Part shown: piece after piece, positions 1-9,591 of the stretch
Numbering within the stretch: position 1 is the stretch's first letter
How the letters are laid out: the number at the start of each line of letters is the position of its first letter
NCBI GenBank assembly: GCA_030445775.1
Contig: JASUTC010000003.1
Span: 1 to 63,281, forward strand
Length of the DNA: 63,281 nucleotides
Direction: 5' to 3'
DNA from: Thermotogaceae bacterium
GTDB lineage: Bacteria; Thermotogota; Thermotogae; MWEM01
The notes under the pieces: model-generated
Databases searched by the model: none
Seen by the model: only the letters and a program-made list of their open reading frames with translations
Told to the model about the DNA's origin: nothing
Made by a program: the position numbers and the translations under genes

Positions 1-188
1 TGGCTTCAAGTAAATCTCCCATCATCACATTTATCACGCCGGATGTTGATAAAATGTATCACTATCTCATTGAAAAAGGTGTAGAGATCGAGAAGAAACC
101 TGAAAAGAACCCGTATTTTCCGATCTATCACTTTTTCCTCCAAGATCCCAATGGCTATACGGTGGAAATTCAAAAATTCTTAGATTAG
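1..188 (+). CDS. VOC/glyoxalase family protein, 3' part (truncated by window start)
   Basis: Frame from position 3 reads ...IITFITPDVDKMYHYLIEKGVEI...HFFLQDPNGYTVEIQKFLD* (TAG 186-188); the F-x-x-DPNG-x-x-VE motif is typical of VOC folds. Not in the ORF track. Confidence 0.75.
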   Translation, partial: ASSKSPIITFITPDVDKMYHYLIEKGVEIEKKPEKNPYFPIYHFFLQDPNGYTVEIQKFLD

Positions 189-203
189 GGACTGCTGATT
201 TAA

Positions 204-902
204 TCAAACGACTAATACTTGACAGGCTTCATGACAAGATTCTTTCAGGATGCACGCTTCACAAAGAGGTTTGCTTTTACAGACCTCTTTGGAGTGTTTA
301 ACGATGAGGGCATGAAATTCATTGTAAAGCTGCAATTCGTTCGGCAAGAGTTTTTCAAAAAAACACTTTAATTCATCATAAGTAATTCTTTTCATCCAGT
401 CCCACTTGGGATTGAGCCGGGAAAAGAGCCTTCTGGTATATGCATCGACTACAAAAGTCCTTTTTTCAAGTGCATAAAGAAGAATACTATCTGCCGTTTC
501 AGGGCCAATTCCGTTTATCTCAAGCAGTTCTTCTCTTAAAGATTCAATAGGTTCTTTTCGCATGGAATAGAAATCAAGTTCTTTTTTCATCAAAAAATCC
601 AAAAAGTTCTTCAGACGTTTGGCTTTTATATTATAATAACCTGCTTGAACGATTAAAGATGCCAATCTCTTTTCGCTTGCCAGATACATTTTTCGAGGTT
701 CTAAGAGTCTTTCCTCTTTCAAGCTTTTAATGGCTTTCTTGACGTTAAACCACTGAGTATTTTGAGTTAATATAGCTCCAACCATTATCTCAAAAATACT
801 ATCACCTGGCCACCAATTCTGCTTTCCATATCTATTATAAAGATTTTCGTAGATATTGATAAAAAAATCTTTATCTAGTTGTTCCTGATTTTTCTTTGTC
901 AA
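204..902 (-). CDS. Endonuclease III-related HhH-GPD DNA glycosylase with 4Fe-4S motif
   Basis: WWP, GAILTQNT, HhH GIGPETADSILLY, VVDAY and C-terminal CKSKPLCEACILKESC. Likely start is TTG at 902, overlapping the upstream TGA with GGAG upstream (ORF track extends to 953). Confidence 0.85.
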   Translation of the reverse strand: MTKKNQEQLDKDFFINIYENLYNRYGKQNWWPGDSIFEIMVGAILTQNTQWFNVKKAIKSLKEERLLEPRKMYLASEKRLASLIVQAGYYNIKAKRLKNFLDFLMKKELDFYSMRKEPIESLREELLEINGIGPETADSILLYALEKRTFVVDAYTRRLFSRLNPKWDWMKRITYDELKCFFEKLLPNELQLYNEFHALIVKHSKEVCKSKPLCEACILKESCHEACQVLVV

Positions 903-1756
903 CGAAGGTTCAACTCCATCTCTATTTGTTTGAAGAGGATTTCTGCGTTGCAACCAACTAAATTTTCAAAAAGATCATCATTTTCAGGAACGTTTGTAAT
1001 AAGACATTTTGTCTTATTGGTTTTGGTTCTGAGAAATCGTTTTACATCCTGGATGATTTGCTTTAAATCATAATCGGGATTGACAGTGTAGGTGTCAATG
1101 ATATAGGCATTGTCGGTATTTTCACCCCATACCAAATAACCAATGGGATGACCCTTATCACTCTTATCATAAATCACTTCTTTATAATATCTGTCCCCTG
1201 AATTACCTAAGGCTGAAGGCATACGCTGCCAATTCAGATGTCTATGAAAAATATTGTTGGCTTGAAGAGATAATTCATGGATAATATGGGTATTGCTATT
1301 TTTATATCGGTACACTTCGGGACTAAAATCATTTAAATCCAACAACAGAGAAAAGAGTTTGCGTTCGTGTGAAAAACCCTGCTTCTCATAAAATCTGACA
1401 GCTCTTTTGTCGCTCTCAATCACCTCGAGCATTACGCTTTCGATCTTTTTCCACTTCAAATTCTCTAATGTGTGCTGAAGCAATAATTCAGCACAACCGG
1501 TCCCCCTGAAGTCATTTTTTACTCCCATTGAATCTATTCTTGCCCGATCATTATTTTTGGCAATGACAATAAACCCTACAGGAATGGAATCTTTAAAGAG
1601 AAAAAATGAATCTTCCAAAGAAATCCGATTCTCTATCATATCCATTTCAAATTCTCTTTCAGTCCAATTTACAGGAATAGGGTAATCATCAAACACCTCG
1701 TTTATCAGTGCTAACAGTGTACTTATTTGATTTTTTTGAATTACTTTGACTTCCAT
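899..1756 (-). CDS. GNAT family N-acetyltransferase (probably two-domain)
   Basis: Acetyl-CoA motif MGVKNDFRGTGCAE and AVRFYEKQGF; ATG at 1756 preceded by AGGGGGA RBS. Confidence 0.8.
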   Translation of the reverse strand: MEVKVIQKNQISTLLALINEVFDDYPIPVNWTEREFEMDMIENRISLEDSFFLFKDSIPVGFIVIAKNNDRARIDSMGVKNDFRGTGCAELLLQHTLENLKWKKIESVMLEVIESDKRAVRFYEKQGFSHERKLFSLLLDLNDFSPEVYRYKNSNTHIIHELSLQANNIFHRHLNWQRMPSALGNSGDRYYKEVIYDKSDKGHPIGYLVWGENTDNAYIIDTYTVNPDYDLKQIIQDVKRFLRTKTNKTKCLITNVPENDDLFENLVGCNAEILFKQIEMELNLR

Positions 1757-1850
1757 AAAAATCCCCCTTAACATGATTGATGAAATTCCATTTTAATTGT
1801 TGTTTTCAGAAAGAGTAAATACCGACTTCAAAATAAAGTATATCACGTTA

Positions 1851-1859
1851 TGGTATAAT
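1851..1859 (+). promoter_or_regulatory. Extended -10 promoter element (TGGTATAAT)
   Basis: Perfect TGn-TATAAT about 40 nt upstream of the 1898 start; the same motif recurs before other transcription units. Confidence 0.55.
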
Positions 1860-1897
1860 TTTTACAGATTTTAAACTGAACCATTTGGAGGCTAAAC

Positions 1898-2953
1898 TTG
1901 AATCAAAATCTTTTTTTAACCATTTTACTTCTTTTATGCTTTTCAGCTGTTCTTTTTGGAGAGCCGTTGGGATTATCGCTGGAGGCACAAAGATTAGACA
2001 TGATAAACGAGGAAAGTATCGATAATTTAATGGGCAAATGTATAAACTATCGTATTGATACACTCTACATTCCCATCGTTTCTTTTATGGAATCCCTTTA
2101 TGAATCAAGAATATTGCCCAGGAGTAATGTGCTGATCAACAACGAAAGCATGTTGACCTTTGACCCCCTTGCATATGCCATGAAAAAGGGGGAGATATTT
2201 GGAATAAGGATTATTCCGGTGGTGGATTTACTCACGGTTTGGCCATCTCAGGATTTACCCAATAACCCCCTCCATTTGTCCAAAAAACAGCCGGATTGGT
2301 TAAGTAGGAATTCAGAGGGCAAATTATTGTACAATCCGGTATTATTAGATCCCGGAGCACCACAAGTCCAAAATTTTATTATTGCTTTGGTAAAAGAAAT
2401 TCTAATTCATTATAAACCCTCTCAACTGGCCTTTTCAAATTTCTATTATCCAAATCCCGAATATGGCTATAATCCATATGCACTAAAGGAATATGAACAA
2501 TATTTGCGGGATAATCATTCACAGATTGCCAATTTTAACAACTTCAGACAAGATACCCTTAATAAACTCATGGTGCGTTTAGATGCACTTGTTCAGACGT
2601 TAGGATTGACTACACGCTTACTCGTCTATCATACCAGTAATTATGAAAATTCTCTCTCTCAGCACTTTCAAGACTGGGTATACTGGTTAAATTCAGATTA
2701 TGTCGATACGGGGATTATGTGGTACTGGTTCACTGACAAAAAAAACGTTGCTCATGATACACAATGGGCACTGGAGCATATAAAGGGTCAAAGGATAATC
2801 CCGGCTTTTTCACCGGATGCTTTACAGTATTCACAGTTTTTGGTAGTAATGAATACAATCCTTGATTTTCCCGTCTCGGGAATAATGGTCGACACTGTCG
2901 ATTCAAGTTTACTGGAAATACTAAATAACAATGAAGTGGGGATACCAAGATGA
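1898..2953 (+). CDS. Secreted glycoside hydrolase-like family 10 (GHL10/DUF187, YddW-like) protein, possibly catalytically degenerate
   Basis: Signal peptide; FDPLAY...G, HLSKKQPDWL, LDPGAPQVQNFI...EI...Y, FYYP and QDW..W motifs; GGAGG RBS before TTG start. Confidence 0.7.
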   Translation: MNQNLFLTILLLLCFSAVLFGEPLGLSLEAQRLDMINEESIDNLMGKCINYRIDTLYIPIVSFMESLYESRILPRSNVLINNESMLTFDPLAYAMKKGEIFGIRIIPVVDLLTVWPSQDLPNNPLHLSKKQPDWLSRNSEGKLLYNPVLLDPGAPQVQNFIIALVKEILIHYKPSQLAFSNFYYPNPEYGYNPYALKEYEQYLRDNHSQIANFNNFRQDTLNKLMVRLDALVQTLGLTTRLLVYHTSNYENSLSQHFQDWVYWLNSDYVDTGIMWYWFTDKKNVAHDTQWALEHIKGQRIIPAFSPDALQYSQFLVVMNTILDFPVSGIMVDTVDSSLLEILNNNEVGIPR

Positions 2954-3927
2954 ATTATACCAATCGCAATCGTTTTGTCTTTTTGTTTGAACAGGCTCCA
3001 ATGACTATATCCATTCTCATTTTAAATGCAGTTATGTATTTATTAACGGTTATTTTGGGATCGGGAAATATTTGGAATGGGGGATCAACCGGAACGCTGA
3101 TACAATTTGGCGCCCAATACGGACCACTAGTGGCCAGTGGAGAATGGTACAGACTAATAACCGCAAACTTCCTTCATGGTGGGTTAATGCATATTTTTTT
3201 CAACTCCTATGCCCTGTTCTACTTTGGTATTGTTGTGGAAAAGATCTATTCATCTCAAAAGTTTATTTTCATTTATCTCATAACGGGCGTCATGGGAAAT
3301 CTGTTAACTCAGATTTTTTACACGAATGTCCCATCTGTTGGAGCAAGTGGTGCAATATTTGGTTTGGTGGGACTTATGTTTTCTGCCGGAATCAACGGAA
3401 ATATGCGTGGAAGATTAAGCGGCTTCTCAGGTACCGCTTTACTGCCAATGATATTAATCAACCTTTTCTTGGGTTTTACCACTCCGGGAATTAATAATGT
3501 TGCTCATATCGGTGGGTTGGGTACCGGCTTTTTACTCGGTTTTCTAATCTCACCCAATCCGGAGTTCCGGATTTGGCAAAAAAGACTCTGGTTAACTGTG
3601 AAATATGTTTGTATCATCGTGATCATTCTCAGCATTGCCCTAAATTTCATCAACTTCACTCCTTCAGTAGAAAAAGTGATAACTTTTCACAACACCTATA
3701 TTAGAGTGTTATCTGATTTATCAACTTCCTCTGATAAGACAAGATATGCCTATTATCTCAATTTATTAGAACCATTTGATTCGAAAACACGACATTTAAA
3801 AGATCAAATTGAAAAATATATCAACACCAATGGCAGTTTACCCACATTATCTGAAATCTCTTCGGAATTTAAAACTTGGCAGAAAGAGGTGCTGGAAAAA
3901 TACGACCTTCAGTTACAATCCGAATAA
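2950..3927 (+). CDS. Rhomboid family intramembrane serine protease with C-terminal soluble extension
   Basis: GEWYRL, FLHGG..H..FN, catalytic GASG and AHIGG motifs; ATGA overlap with upstream gene. Confidence 0.92.
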   Translation: MNYTNRNRFVFLFEQAPMTISILILNAVMYLLTVILGSGNIWNGGSTGTLIQFGAQYGPLVASGEWYRLITANFLHGGLMHIFFNSYALFYFGIVVEKIYSSQKFIFIYLITGVMGNLLTQIFYTNVPSVGASGAIFGLVGLMFSAGINGNMRGRLSGFSGTALLPMILINLFLGFTTPGINNVAHIGGLGTGFLLGFLISPNPEFRIWQKRLWLTVKYVCIIVIILSIALNFINFTPSVEKVITFHNTYIRVLSDLSTSSDKTRYAYYLNLLEPFDSKTRHLKDQIEKYINTNGSLPTLSEISSEFKTWQKEVLEKYDLQLQSE

Positions 3928-4985
3928 TTATAATAATATTATTAATGACGGCGAGTAACGTTTTTTCACTGTCATTAGTTCATAAAAACGATATCCAAAT
4001 TGGCGGTAAACCCGTCCATTTTTTTTTGGATGAGATTTACCAAAGGATTTTTGTTATCGATTATCAAAATGAAAATATTAAAGTCATTGATGCTCAAACT
4101 GAAGCAATTACAAATATCTTGGAAAAATCCTCTTATCCTGTATTTTGTTCTTTTTCAAAATCATATGTGATTGTATCCGACTTTTGGGGACATAAAATCG
4201 ATTTTTATCAAAGAGATGATTTATCCTTTTCACATTCTGTAAATACAAGAAACGGTCCGGCATACTCGATTGTAAAAGACGATTTGCTTTATTTTGTTTC
4301 TCAAAGGGACTATTTTTTTCAAGTACTTGATATTGAAAGAAGAGGGATCTACCAGGAATTTGAATTAACGGGACGTGTACCCAAATTCTACATCTATGAT
4401 GGGCTTGTCATTCTTCCCTATTATGATAATTATCATACCTGGTCCAGAGACTATGAACTCAAAAATTCAATCAGCATCATTAACCTTTCATCCTTATACC
4501 GTTGGGATATAGAAGGCCTTGTTAAAAAACCTTTATCAGTTTTAAGACTCAAAGAAGGTCGTTATGCTATCAGTGGGTATCTTGATAATGGCATATACGA
4601 AATTAAATGGGGTAGTATGGACACAAAAACACTTGTAAATTGGCCAGATCACTCACATATTTTAGATATGACTTTGTTTCAAAATAATATACTTGTTCCT
4701 TCTATGAGTGACGAGAAGTTGCTTGTCTACGATTTTGATAAAAATACGCTAAAACGCATTGATTGCGCTAAAGGTGTTTTAGATATAGAGTTTTTTAATC
4801 AAGAAGGGATATTGCTTCTATCAAATTTTGATGAAATCCTACAGCTTTTTTCATCAAAGTATGAACTACTTGAAGAGCATAAAGTTGGAAAGTACCCAAT
4901 TAAACTGCTCATTGACAAGGAAAGATTATATGTCTTATGCATGGATAGTGCTGAAATCAACATTTTTAACATTATAAAGGAATGA
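3876..4985 (+). CDS. Exported YncE/YVTN-like beta-propeller protein
   Basis: N-terminal hydrophobic segment; repeats such as IQIGGKP, VGKYPIKL and RLYVLCMDSAEINIF. Exact start uncertain. Confidence 0.6.
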   Translation: MAERGAGKIRPSVTIRIIIIILLMTASNVFSLSLVHKNDIQIGGKPVHFFLDEIYQRIFVIDYQNENIKVIDAQTEAITNILEKSSYPVFCSFSKSYVIVSDFWGHKIDFYQRDDLSFSHSVNTRNGPAYSIVKDDLLYFVSQRDYFFQVLDIERRGIYQEFELTGRVPKFYIYDGLVILPYYDNYHTWSRDYELKNSISIINLSSLYRWDIEGLVKKPLSVLRLKEGRYAISGYLDNGIYEIKWGSMDTKTLVNWPDHSHILDMTLFQNNILVPSMSDEKLLVYDFDKNTLKRIDCAKGVLDIEFFNQEGILLLSNFDEILQLFSSKYELLEEHKVGKYPIKLLIDKERLYVLCMDSAEINIFNIIKE

Positions 4986-4992
4986 TGAATAA

Positions 4993-6066
4993 ATGAAAAA
5001 GACCGTTATTTTAGCTATGAGCGGAGGGGTAGACAGTTCGGCTGCTTTAAGTCTTCTAATAGAAAGGGGGGATATAGTCAAAGGCGTCACGATGCAAAAT
5101 GGTTATCTTTCTTCTGAAGAATTGTCAAAAGCAGAACAAGTTGCCAAAAAATTTAATGTTGACTGGGAAATTTTATCTGTAGAAAAAGAGTTCGAAGATA
5201 AAGTGATTAACCCATTTATTGATGATTACAATAAAGGATTAACCCCTAATCCCTGTGCAATATGCAATAAAACCATAAAGTTTGGTTTTCTTTTTGATAT
5301 TATGCAACAAAGATACCCTGATTCGTTTTATGCGACCGGACATTATGCCATTATCACTAAAGAACAAGATTCCTTTTTTATCAAAGAAGCGAGGGATACA
5401 AGAAAAGATCAAAGTTATTTTCTCGGAATGATAAGGCCTGAAATATTACCCCGCTTAATTTTCCCCGTCGGTGATTATCTAAAAACTGAGGTAATCGAAT
5501 ATGCCAAAAAAAGAGGGATTATTTCGGGCCATGTATCAGAAAGCCAAGACATTTGCTTCATACAGGATAATGATTATAAAAGCTTTCTTATCAGTAACGG
5601 TATCAAAGAAAAAAAAGGAGAAATCATTCATGAGAACGGAGAATTGTTAGGTTTTCACAATGGAATCTTTAATTATACAATCGGACAAAGGCGTGGATTA
5701 GGAATCTCATATACCGAAAAACTGTTCGTTAAAGAAATCATACCTGAAACAAATACTATTGTATTGGCCTCTTTAAAAAACATGCATAGTAAAGTACTCC
5801 GCGCCTCAAATCTCAACAGATTTATCACTAGCGAGCAAATTTTTGATTTTTCAAAAAAAATGTTAAAATGCAAAGTAAAAAGTGGCAGTCAGAAGTTTGA
5901 TTGCGATATTAAAATGCAGGAAGGCGAAATGAGAGTCTTTTTCAAAGACGACATTTTTGCAGTCACACCCGGGCAATTATGTGTCATTTATAATGATGAA
6001 GGATTGATCGTGTTAAGCGGTATTATTGAAAAGAATATTGATCAAAAAAACGGAACGATTATTTAG
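4993..6066 (+). CDS. mnmA: tRNA 2-thiouridine(34) synthase MnmA
   Basis: AMSGGVDS PP-loop, TPNPCAICN, ATGHYA, KDQSYFL, ESQDICF, YTIGQRRGL, TPGQ. Confidence 0.96.
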   Translation: MKKTVILAMSGGVDSSAALSLLIERGDIVKGVTMQNGYLSSEELSKAEQVAKKFNVDWEILSVEKEFEDKVINPFIDDYNKGLTPNPCAICNKTIKFGFLFDIMQQRYPDSFYATGHYAIITKEQDSFFIKEARDTRKDQSYFLGMIRPEILPRLIFPVGDYLKTEVIEYAKKRGIISGHVSESQDICFIQDNDYKSFLISNGIKEKKGEIIHENGELLGFHNGIFNYTIGQRRGLGISYTEKLFVKEIIPETNTIVLASLKNMHSKVLRASNLNRFITSEQIFDFSKKMLKCKVKSGSQKFDCDIKMQEGEMRVFFKDDIFAVTPGQLCVIYNDEGLIVLSGIIEKNIDQKNGTII

Positions 6067-8313
6067 ATGATTCAGGATAAAACATTGAAATACAAGCATT
6101 ATCTTCTAAAGAGATTGCTTGTGTTCATCATTTCTTTTACAGTTGCTATATCATTACTTTTTACTGTTGGTTTCTTTATGATCCAATCAAACAAAACCAA
6201 ATCAACTGGCATGGAAATCATAAAAATTCATACTCAAAACATTCAAACATGGCTTCAAAGCAGGAAAATTGAATTAGAAAGTATCATTCAAACGCTTGGC
6301 ACGAATATTAACACACATGATCCGTTAAACGAAAATTTGATAAGAACTTGCAAAGAACGACCGGGTTATTTTGAAACCATTTTTATATCGGATTTAGAGG
6401 GCAGGACAAACGATTGTTTCAAAGAAAATCATACAATCACCAATCGGGATTATTTTCATCGTATTGTTCAAAATAACGAAGAATTTGTAATAAGTGACCC
6501 ATTATTATCTAAAACCAACAACAAACCATCAATTGTCATTGCGACCCGCTTGAGCGAAAAAGATGAACAACTGAAAGGTTTATTCGGTGCAACCATCAAT
6601 TTAAGCATCATCGAAGATTTTCTTAAACAAGTAAACATTGATGATCTTGGAACAGCTGTTTTAATCAATAACGAAGGCCAATTCGTCGCTCATTCTCAAC
6701 TCACCTATTCAATGGAAAATGTCAGCCAATACATTCAAAACATCCCTCCAAGGATAATGGAAGAAATCTTAACATCTCAAAATGGCGTAATAGATTACAC
6801 ATCTGAACAGACAAAGGGTGCAAAGGAACTACTGTTTTTTGAAACACTTGACACAATGCCCAACTGGAAGATGCTCATTCACATCCCCAAGCGGGCATTT
6901 TATTCAGAAATCATCCAAATTACCGTCATTGCATGGAGTCTATTATTTGCATCGATCATCTTGGTGATCATCTTAATGATGCGTGCCAGCAAAAAAATTA
7001 CCGAACCTTTGGAAACAGCTGTGTCTGAAATTAATCGATTCAATCTTAAAAATTTGGAAATATCATTGCCAAAAACAAAAATCAAAGAAATCAATCAGTT
7101 GACGAATACCTTCACAAAGATGTCAAAAGAACTGAAACATTCAATCCATGAATCCAAAAGGTCTCAAGATGAGTTAGCAGCCGCTTATGAAGAATTAAGT
7201 GCAACCAATGAGGACCTTGAACAATCGTATCAGCAATTGGAAAAAATGTCACATAATTTGGAGGAAATCTTTGAAACGGCGACTCAGATTAATCAAGCCG
7301 GTTTAAAATCCGAAGAAGAATATTTGGATTTTTTATTGAAAATGTTAATAGATATCATCGATAGCGCTGAATACGGCAGTGTGGCTTTGTTTGAAAACGA
7401 TAAATGGCGTTTTGTTTCAGCAAAAGGGCATGATCTACAGAAACTGCAACAAATTGACCTGGATAAAGCCTATCATATCAAGACTGAGTCAGTTAAACAA
7501 ATTAATAACATCCTTTCAAATGTTTCGAGAATGCCTGAAGAAAAAATGAAAGAACTTATCAATGCAAGTAAACCTATCGGACATACGATGATCTCCGAAT
7601 TGAAATTTAGAAATACAGTAGTTGGAACAATATCCATCGATTCTCCGCCTGAGGCAAGCCCTTTTACCGAAGCAGATTTAAGGGTTTTTGAGGCATTTAC
7701 TAATTTTGCCACAGCTTTTTTAGGCTTAAAAAGACTATTTAAAGCCCAAACCCAGTTCCAACATCAATTGATTCTCGCCATGATTAAGATTTTGGAAATT
7801 CACGATCCCTATACAAAAGGGCATTCAGAAAAGGTTGGACTCTTATCAGCAGAAATCGCCCGTGAAATGAATTTTGACGAGGAAGAAATCAACGAAATTT
7901 TTGGTGCCGGTTTGGTACATGATATTGGAAAAATTAACATACCCAATACAATACTTTTAAAAGTCGGCAGGTTAACGAAAGAAGAATACGATGAGATTAA
8001 AAAGCACCCGGTTTGGGGTGCGGAAATACTGGATACATCAGAAAATATTGATGTTATTGTCAAGGCAGTACGTCACCATCATGAACGCTGGGATGGCCAT
8101 GGTTATCCTGATGGTCTTTCCAAAACAGACATTCCACTCTATTCCAGGATAATTGCAGTTGCAGATACTTATGACGCCATGACATCTGATAGATCCTACA
8201 AGAAAGCTGTTTCTAAAGACATTGCTATTGAAGAAATCAAAAATAACAGCGGTGAACAATTCGATCCTGAGATTGTAGAAATTTTTTGCCGAATTAAAGT
8301 TAAATCAAAATAA
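6067..8313 (+). CDS. Membrane HD-GYP cyclic-di-GMP phosphodiesterase (dCache-HAMP-GAF-HD-GYP)
   Basis: Two TM segments flanking a Cache-like region (RDYF, SDP), HAMP and coiled coil, GAF-like region, then YTKGHS, VHDIGKI, HHERWDGHGYP, ADTYDAMTSDR. Confidence 0.9.
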   Translation: MIQDKTLKYKHYLLKRLLVFIISFTVAISLLFTVGFFMIQSNKTKSTGMEIIKIHTQNIQTWLQSRKIELESIIQTLGTNINTHDPLNENLIRTCKERPGYFETIFISDLEGRTNDCFKENHTITNRDYFHRIVQNNEEFVISDPLLSKTNNKPSIVIATRLSEKDEQLKGLFGATINLSIIEDFLKQVNIDDLGTAVLINNEGQFVAHSQLTYSMENVSQYIQNIPPRIMEEILTSQNGVIDYTSEQTKGAKELLFFETLDTMPNWKMLIHIPKRAFYSEIIQITVIAWSLLFASIILVIILMMRASKKITEPLETAVSEINRFNLKNLEISLPKTKIKEINQLTNTFTKMSKELKHSIHESKRSQDELAAAYEELSATNEDLEQSYQQLEKMSHNLEEIFETATQINQAGLKSEEEYLDFLLKMLIDIIDSAEYGSVALFENDKWRFVSAKGHDLQKLQQIDLDKAYHIKTESVKQINNILSNVSRMPEEKMKELINASKPIGHTMISELKFRNTVVGTISIDSPPEASPFTEADLRVFEAFTNFATAFLGLKRLFKAQTQFQHQLILAMIKILEIHDPYTKGHSEKVGLLSAEIAREMNFDEEEINEIFGAGLVHDIGKINIPNTILLKVGRLTKEEYDEIKKHPVWGAEILDTSENIDVIVKAVRHHHERWDGHGYPDGLSKTDIPLYSRIIAVADTYDAMTSDRSYKKAVSKDIAIEEIKNNSGEQFDPEIVEIFCRIKVKSK

Positions 8314-8347
8314 AGATCAAGTAGTACGAAAAAAGGAGTGATATACT

Positions 8348-9469
8348 TTGGAAGTAACAAATACAATCTATGAAATAGCTAAAAATTATGAAACACCTTT
8401 TGTACTTTTGGATCCAAAACTCCTTGAAACAAATTACAAACGCCTTGCTTCAGTCATGGATAATTTAGAGATTTATTATGCTGTAAAAGCAAACAGTCAC
8501 CCGGAGATTATCAAAACCCTGTTTAATCAGGGATCACATTTTGATATTGCTTCCCGCGGTGAGATAGAATTACTGTTAAGCCTTGGTATCCCAGGTCAAC
8601 TCATGAGTTTTGGCAATACCATCAAAAAGGAAAAAGATATTGCGTTTGCTTATGAAAACAAGATTGAAATGTACTCTGTGGACAGTGAAATGGAACTTGA
8701 AAAGATTGCAAATAATGCACCCGGAAGTAAAGTTTATGCCCGCTTATTAATGAGTTCAGACGATTCAGATTGGCCGTTGTCAAAAAAATTCGGGACAGAT
8801 ATTGACCACGTCATTCAGCTGTTAGTCCATGCAAAAGGATTGGGATTAATCCCTTATGGTGTCTCTTTCCACGTAGGTTCCCAAACCTACAACAAATACA
8901 AGTGGAAGGAAGCAATTGTTCAGGCGGCAGAAATATTCTACCAATTAAAAGAGTACGAAAATATAGAATTGGAGATGATCAATCTTGGGGGTGGAATGCC
9001 AATTCAACACACAAGACCCATCCCACAAATTGAAGAAATAGGTCTGATGATAAAAGAATCCATAGAAGAATACTTTGCGGATGTCAAAAGACTCCGTGTG
9101 ATTGTAGAACCCGGAAGGTCCATGGTGGGTGATATAGGTGTTTTGGTCACTGAAGTCATTCTTCGCTCAAGAAAGCAAAAAGACAACTGGGTGTACATCG
9201 ATGCAGGTGTTTTCCACGGATTGCTGGAGACCATAGAAGATTTCCGATATGAAATCATTGTTGAAGGCAAAGAGGAAGAAGAAACAGGCATTTTCTCACT
9301 TGCGGGCCCTACTTGTGACAGTGTGGATACCATATATGATGAAGTGGAACTACCCGTTTCGATTACAATGGGAGATAAACTATACTTTAAAAATGCCGCT
9401 GCCTATACTGTCGAATACGGAACCACCTTTAACGGGATCAAACCGCCAAAAGCATATATTATACAGTAA
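8348..9469 (+). CDS. Ornithine/lysine decarboxylase (fold-type III PLP enzyme)
   Basis: YAVKAN (PLP Lys), FDIAS.GE, FHVGSQ, NLGGG, EPGR, GPTCDS; AAGGAG RBS before TTG. Confidence 0.9.
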   Translation: MEVTNTIYEIAKNYETPFVLLDPKLLETNYKRLASVMDNLEIYYAVKANSHPEIIKTLFNQGSHFDIASRGEIELLLSLGIPGQLMSFGNTIKKEKDIAFAYENKIEMYSVDSEMELEKIANNAPGSKVYARLLMSSDDSDWPLSKKFGTDIDHVIQLLVHAKGLGLIPYGVSFHVGSQTYNKYKWKEAIVQAAEIFYQLKEYENIELEMINLGGGMPIQHTRPIPQIEEIGLMIKESIEEYFADVKRLRVIVEPGRSMVGDIGVLVTEVILRSRKQKDNWVYIDAGVFHGLLETIEDFRYEIIVEGKEEEETGIFSLAGPTCDSVDTIYDEVELPVSITMGDKLYFKNAAAYTVEYGTTFNGIKPPKAYIIQ

Positions 9470-9492
9470 AAGGGGGCAAAGCCCCCTTTTTT
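9468..9492. terminator. Rho-independent terminator, probably bidirectional
   Basis: AAAA-GGGGGC-AAA-GCCCCC-TTTTTT between convergent genes. Confidence 0.85.
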
Positions 9493-9591
9493 ATACTGAT
9501 TTTCCCCTAGATTCTACGATAATCTTTTTATACCCATCTTCGTTGACTAAATAAAATAAACGTATAGGCTCACAAAATTCCTCTCAAGGAA

